In this document: piece after piece, positions 23,003-24,000 of the stretch
Position numbering within the stretch: the stretch's first letter is position 1
How the letters are laid out: each line of letters starts with the position of its first letter
Assembly: GCF_022496765.1 (NCBI RefSeq)
Contig: NZ_VANV01000003.1
Coordinates: 1 to 24,000 of the forward strand
Direction: 5' to 3'
Source: Acidaminobacter sp. JC074
GTDB lineage: Bacteria > Bacillota > Clostridia > Peptostreptococcales > Acidaminobacteraceae
DNA: 24,000 bases
Notes under the pieces: generated by a model
What the model was told of the DNA's origin: nothing
What the model saw: the letters and a program-made list of their open reading frames with translations, nothing else
The model's database searches: none
Translations under genes and position numbers: made by a program

Positions 23003-23575
23003 ATGAAGAATATCATGTTATGTGGTGTAGGTGGACAAGGTCTTGTGATGACATCGGGTATTATTGCTGAGGTGGCAAGACTTTCTGGTTACGATGTAAA
23101 AACCAATGATGTTATAGGACTTTCTCAGCGTGGCGGTCGTGTATGGGCCAGTATCAGATTTGGAGAAAAAGTCTATTCACCTAATATTGAAGAAGGTAGC
23201 TTGGATTACTTATTAGCTCTTGAACCTCTTGAAGGTTATAGATACAGTAAGATGTTAAAAGAAGATGGTGTCATCTTGATGAATGATAAAATCATTTATC
23301 CAGCTGATGTAGTATTTGATAAATCAACTTATCCATTTGATGAAATTGAGAAGATGAAAGAAAGATACGAGACTTACGCCTTAGATGCAAGTCATAAGGG
23401 GGTAGAGCTTGGCAATAAGATGGTTGCCAATACCATTATACTAGGCATGCTTGCTGGTAAGCTTACATTTGATACTACCAAGTGGTTACAGGTTATTAGA
23501 GAAAGGGTACCTGAGAAGGCTATTAAGTTAAATGAGGAAGCATTTAGGTTTGGCTATAATTTTGTAAACCAATAA
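23003..23575 (+). CDS. iorB: Indolepyruvate:ferredoxin oxidoreductase, beta subunit
   Basis: MLCGVGGQGLV...SQRGG motif of the 2-oxoacid:ferredoxin oxidoreductase gamma-like domain. It starts 2 nt after iorA and is about 190 aa. Confidence 0.9.
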   Translation: MKNIMLCGVGGQGLVMTSGIIAEVARLSGYDVKTNDVIGLSQRGGRVWASIRFGEKVYSPNIEEGSLDYLLALEPLEGYRYSKMLKEDGVILMNDKIIYPADVVFDKSTYPFDEIEKMKERYETYALDASHKGVELGNKMVANTIILGMLAGKLTFDTTKWLQVIRERVPEKAIKLNEEAFRFGYNFVNQ

Positions 23576-23583
23576 AAATAAAG

Positions 23584-23617
23584 GCATTGAGAAGTAAAAC
23601 TTCTTCAATGTCTTTTT
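23584..23617 (+). terminator. Rho-independent terminator of iorAB
   Basis: CATTGAGAAGT (23584-23594) / ACTTCTTCAATG (23598-23609) with one bulge, followed by CTTTTTT. Confidence 0.65.
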
Positions 23618-23823
23618 TCGATGATTCTTTCGTCAATATCAATGGCGTGATTTAAGCGATTGAGCATCTTAAATTGTTGTTTTCTATATTTTTGATACTT
23701 TGAAATATGGTTGAGTTGAGCTTTGTTTAGGTGTTCTTCATTGAAACAAGAGATGCCTAATCCTACCTCGATTTCTAAACGAAGGGCCTTAAGGTTAATG
23801 AGTTCATGAATTTCTCTGTTCAT
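23605..23823 (-). CDS. Hypothetical small protein (72 aa)
   Basis: Strong RBS (AAGGAGGTG, 6 nt spacer) on the minus strand. Helical, charged sequence with no motif I can name. Confidence 0.45.
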   Translation of the reverse strand: MNREIHELINLKALRLEIEVGLGISCFNEEHLNKAQLNHISKYQKYRKQQFKMLNRLNHAIDIDERIIEKRH

Positions 23824-24000
23824 ACAGTCACCTCCTTAGTCTATTTTTACCCAATTTTGAGGATTTTAATCGTGATGACATTTGCCTTATACTTTTGTAT
23901 CAAACCAGGTGTAGGATAACTGTAATGTATAAGTTGTTTTTAAGTGAATATACCTGCTTGTAAAATGGTAAGATGAAATAAAGATAGGAGGAAGCTATGT

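Noticed and set aside
23997-24000. ATG at 23997 preceded by TAGGAGGA, a probable start of the next plus-strand gene
   Set aside because: Only one codon lies inside the window, so no product or feature can be supported.
1-24000. CRISPR arrays, rRNA/tRNA genes, prophage or defence-island signatures
   Set aside because: I saw no regularly spaced repeats, no tRNA-like cloverleaf regions or rRNA-like segments, and no clusters of nuclease, helicase or methylase motifs. Apart from the IS fragment and hgcAB, the window looks like core chromosome.

Overview
AT-rich, low-GC Firmicutes (Clostridia-like) chromosomal segment. It is densely packed with about 25 genes that carry GGAGG-type ribosome-binding sites, sigma-A-like promoters and many hairpin plus U-run terminators. 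All product calls come from motif recognition by eye; no database search was possible.

Most of the window is ordinary housekeeping:
- glnA, a YitT-family membrane protein and an RluA-family pseudouridine synthase.
- A two-gene ABC exporter and thpR.
- argG-argH behind an Arg T-box leader.
- A dCache/HAMP methyl-accepting chemotaxis protein.
- A tight minus-strand cluster of tcdA, a split chrA pair and an M48 peptidase.
- A Cys-free ArsR-like regulator.
- A HAD phosphatase translationally coupled to a glycerol-1-phosphate-dehydrogenase-like enzyme.
- iorAB.

The left edge holds the 3' end of an IS200/IS605-type tnpB with structured right-end hairpins.

The stand-out locus is 6.66-8.05 kb, a mercury-methylation hgcA-hgcB pair with its own promoter. 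HgcA has the diagnostic NVWCAAGK cap-helix motif plus a transmembrane domain. HgcB is a 2x[4Fe-4S] ferredoxin with a GCAIAI...CC tail. The reading frame is irregular in three places:
1. An in-frame UGA lies 8 codons after the only good RBS/ATG, directly after a Cys codon, and is followed by a SECIS-like hairpin.
2. A one-base frame break puts the last HgcA transmembrane helix, and an ATGA stop/start overlap with hgcB, out of frame.
3. A one-base frame break falls exactly at the fourth Cys of the second HgcB cluster motif and cuts off the Cys-rich tail.

Every other gene in the window is intact. The lesions therefore look locus-specific: gene decay, possibly on top of a selenocysteine-containing HgcA, rather than general sequence error. 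No CRISPR array, rRNA or tRNA gene was seen.
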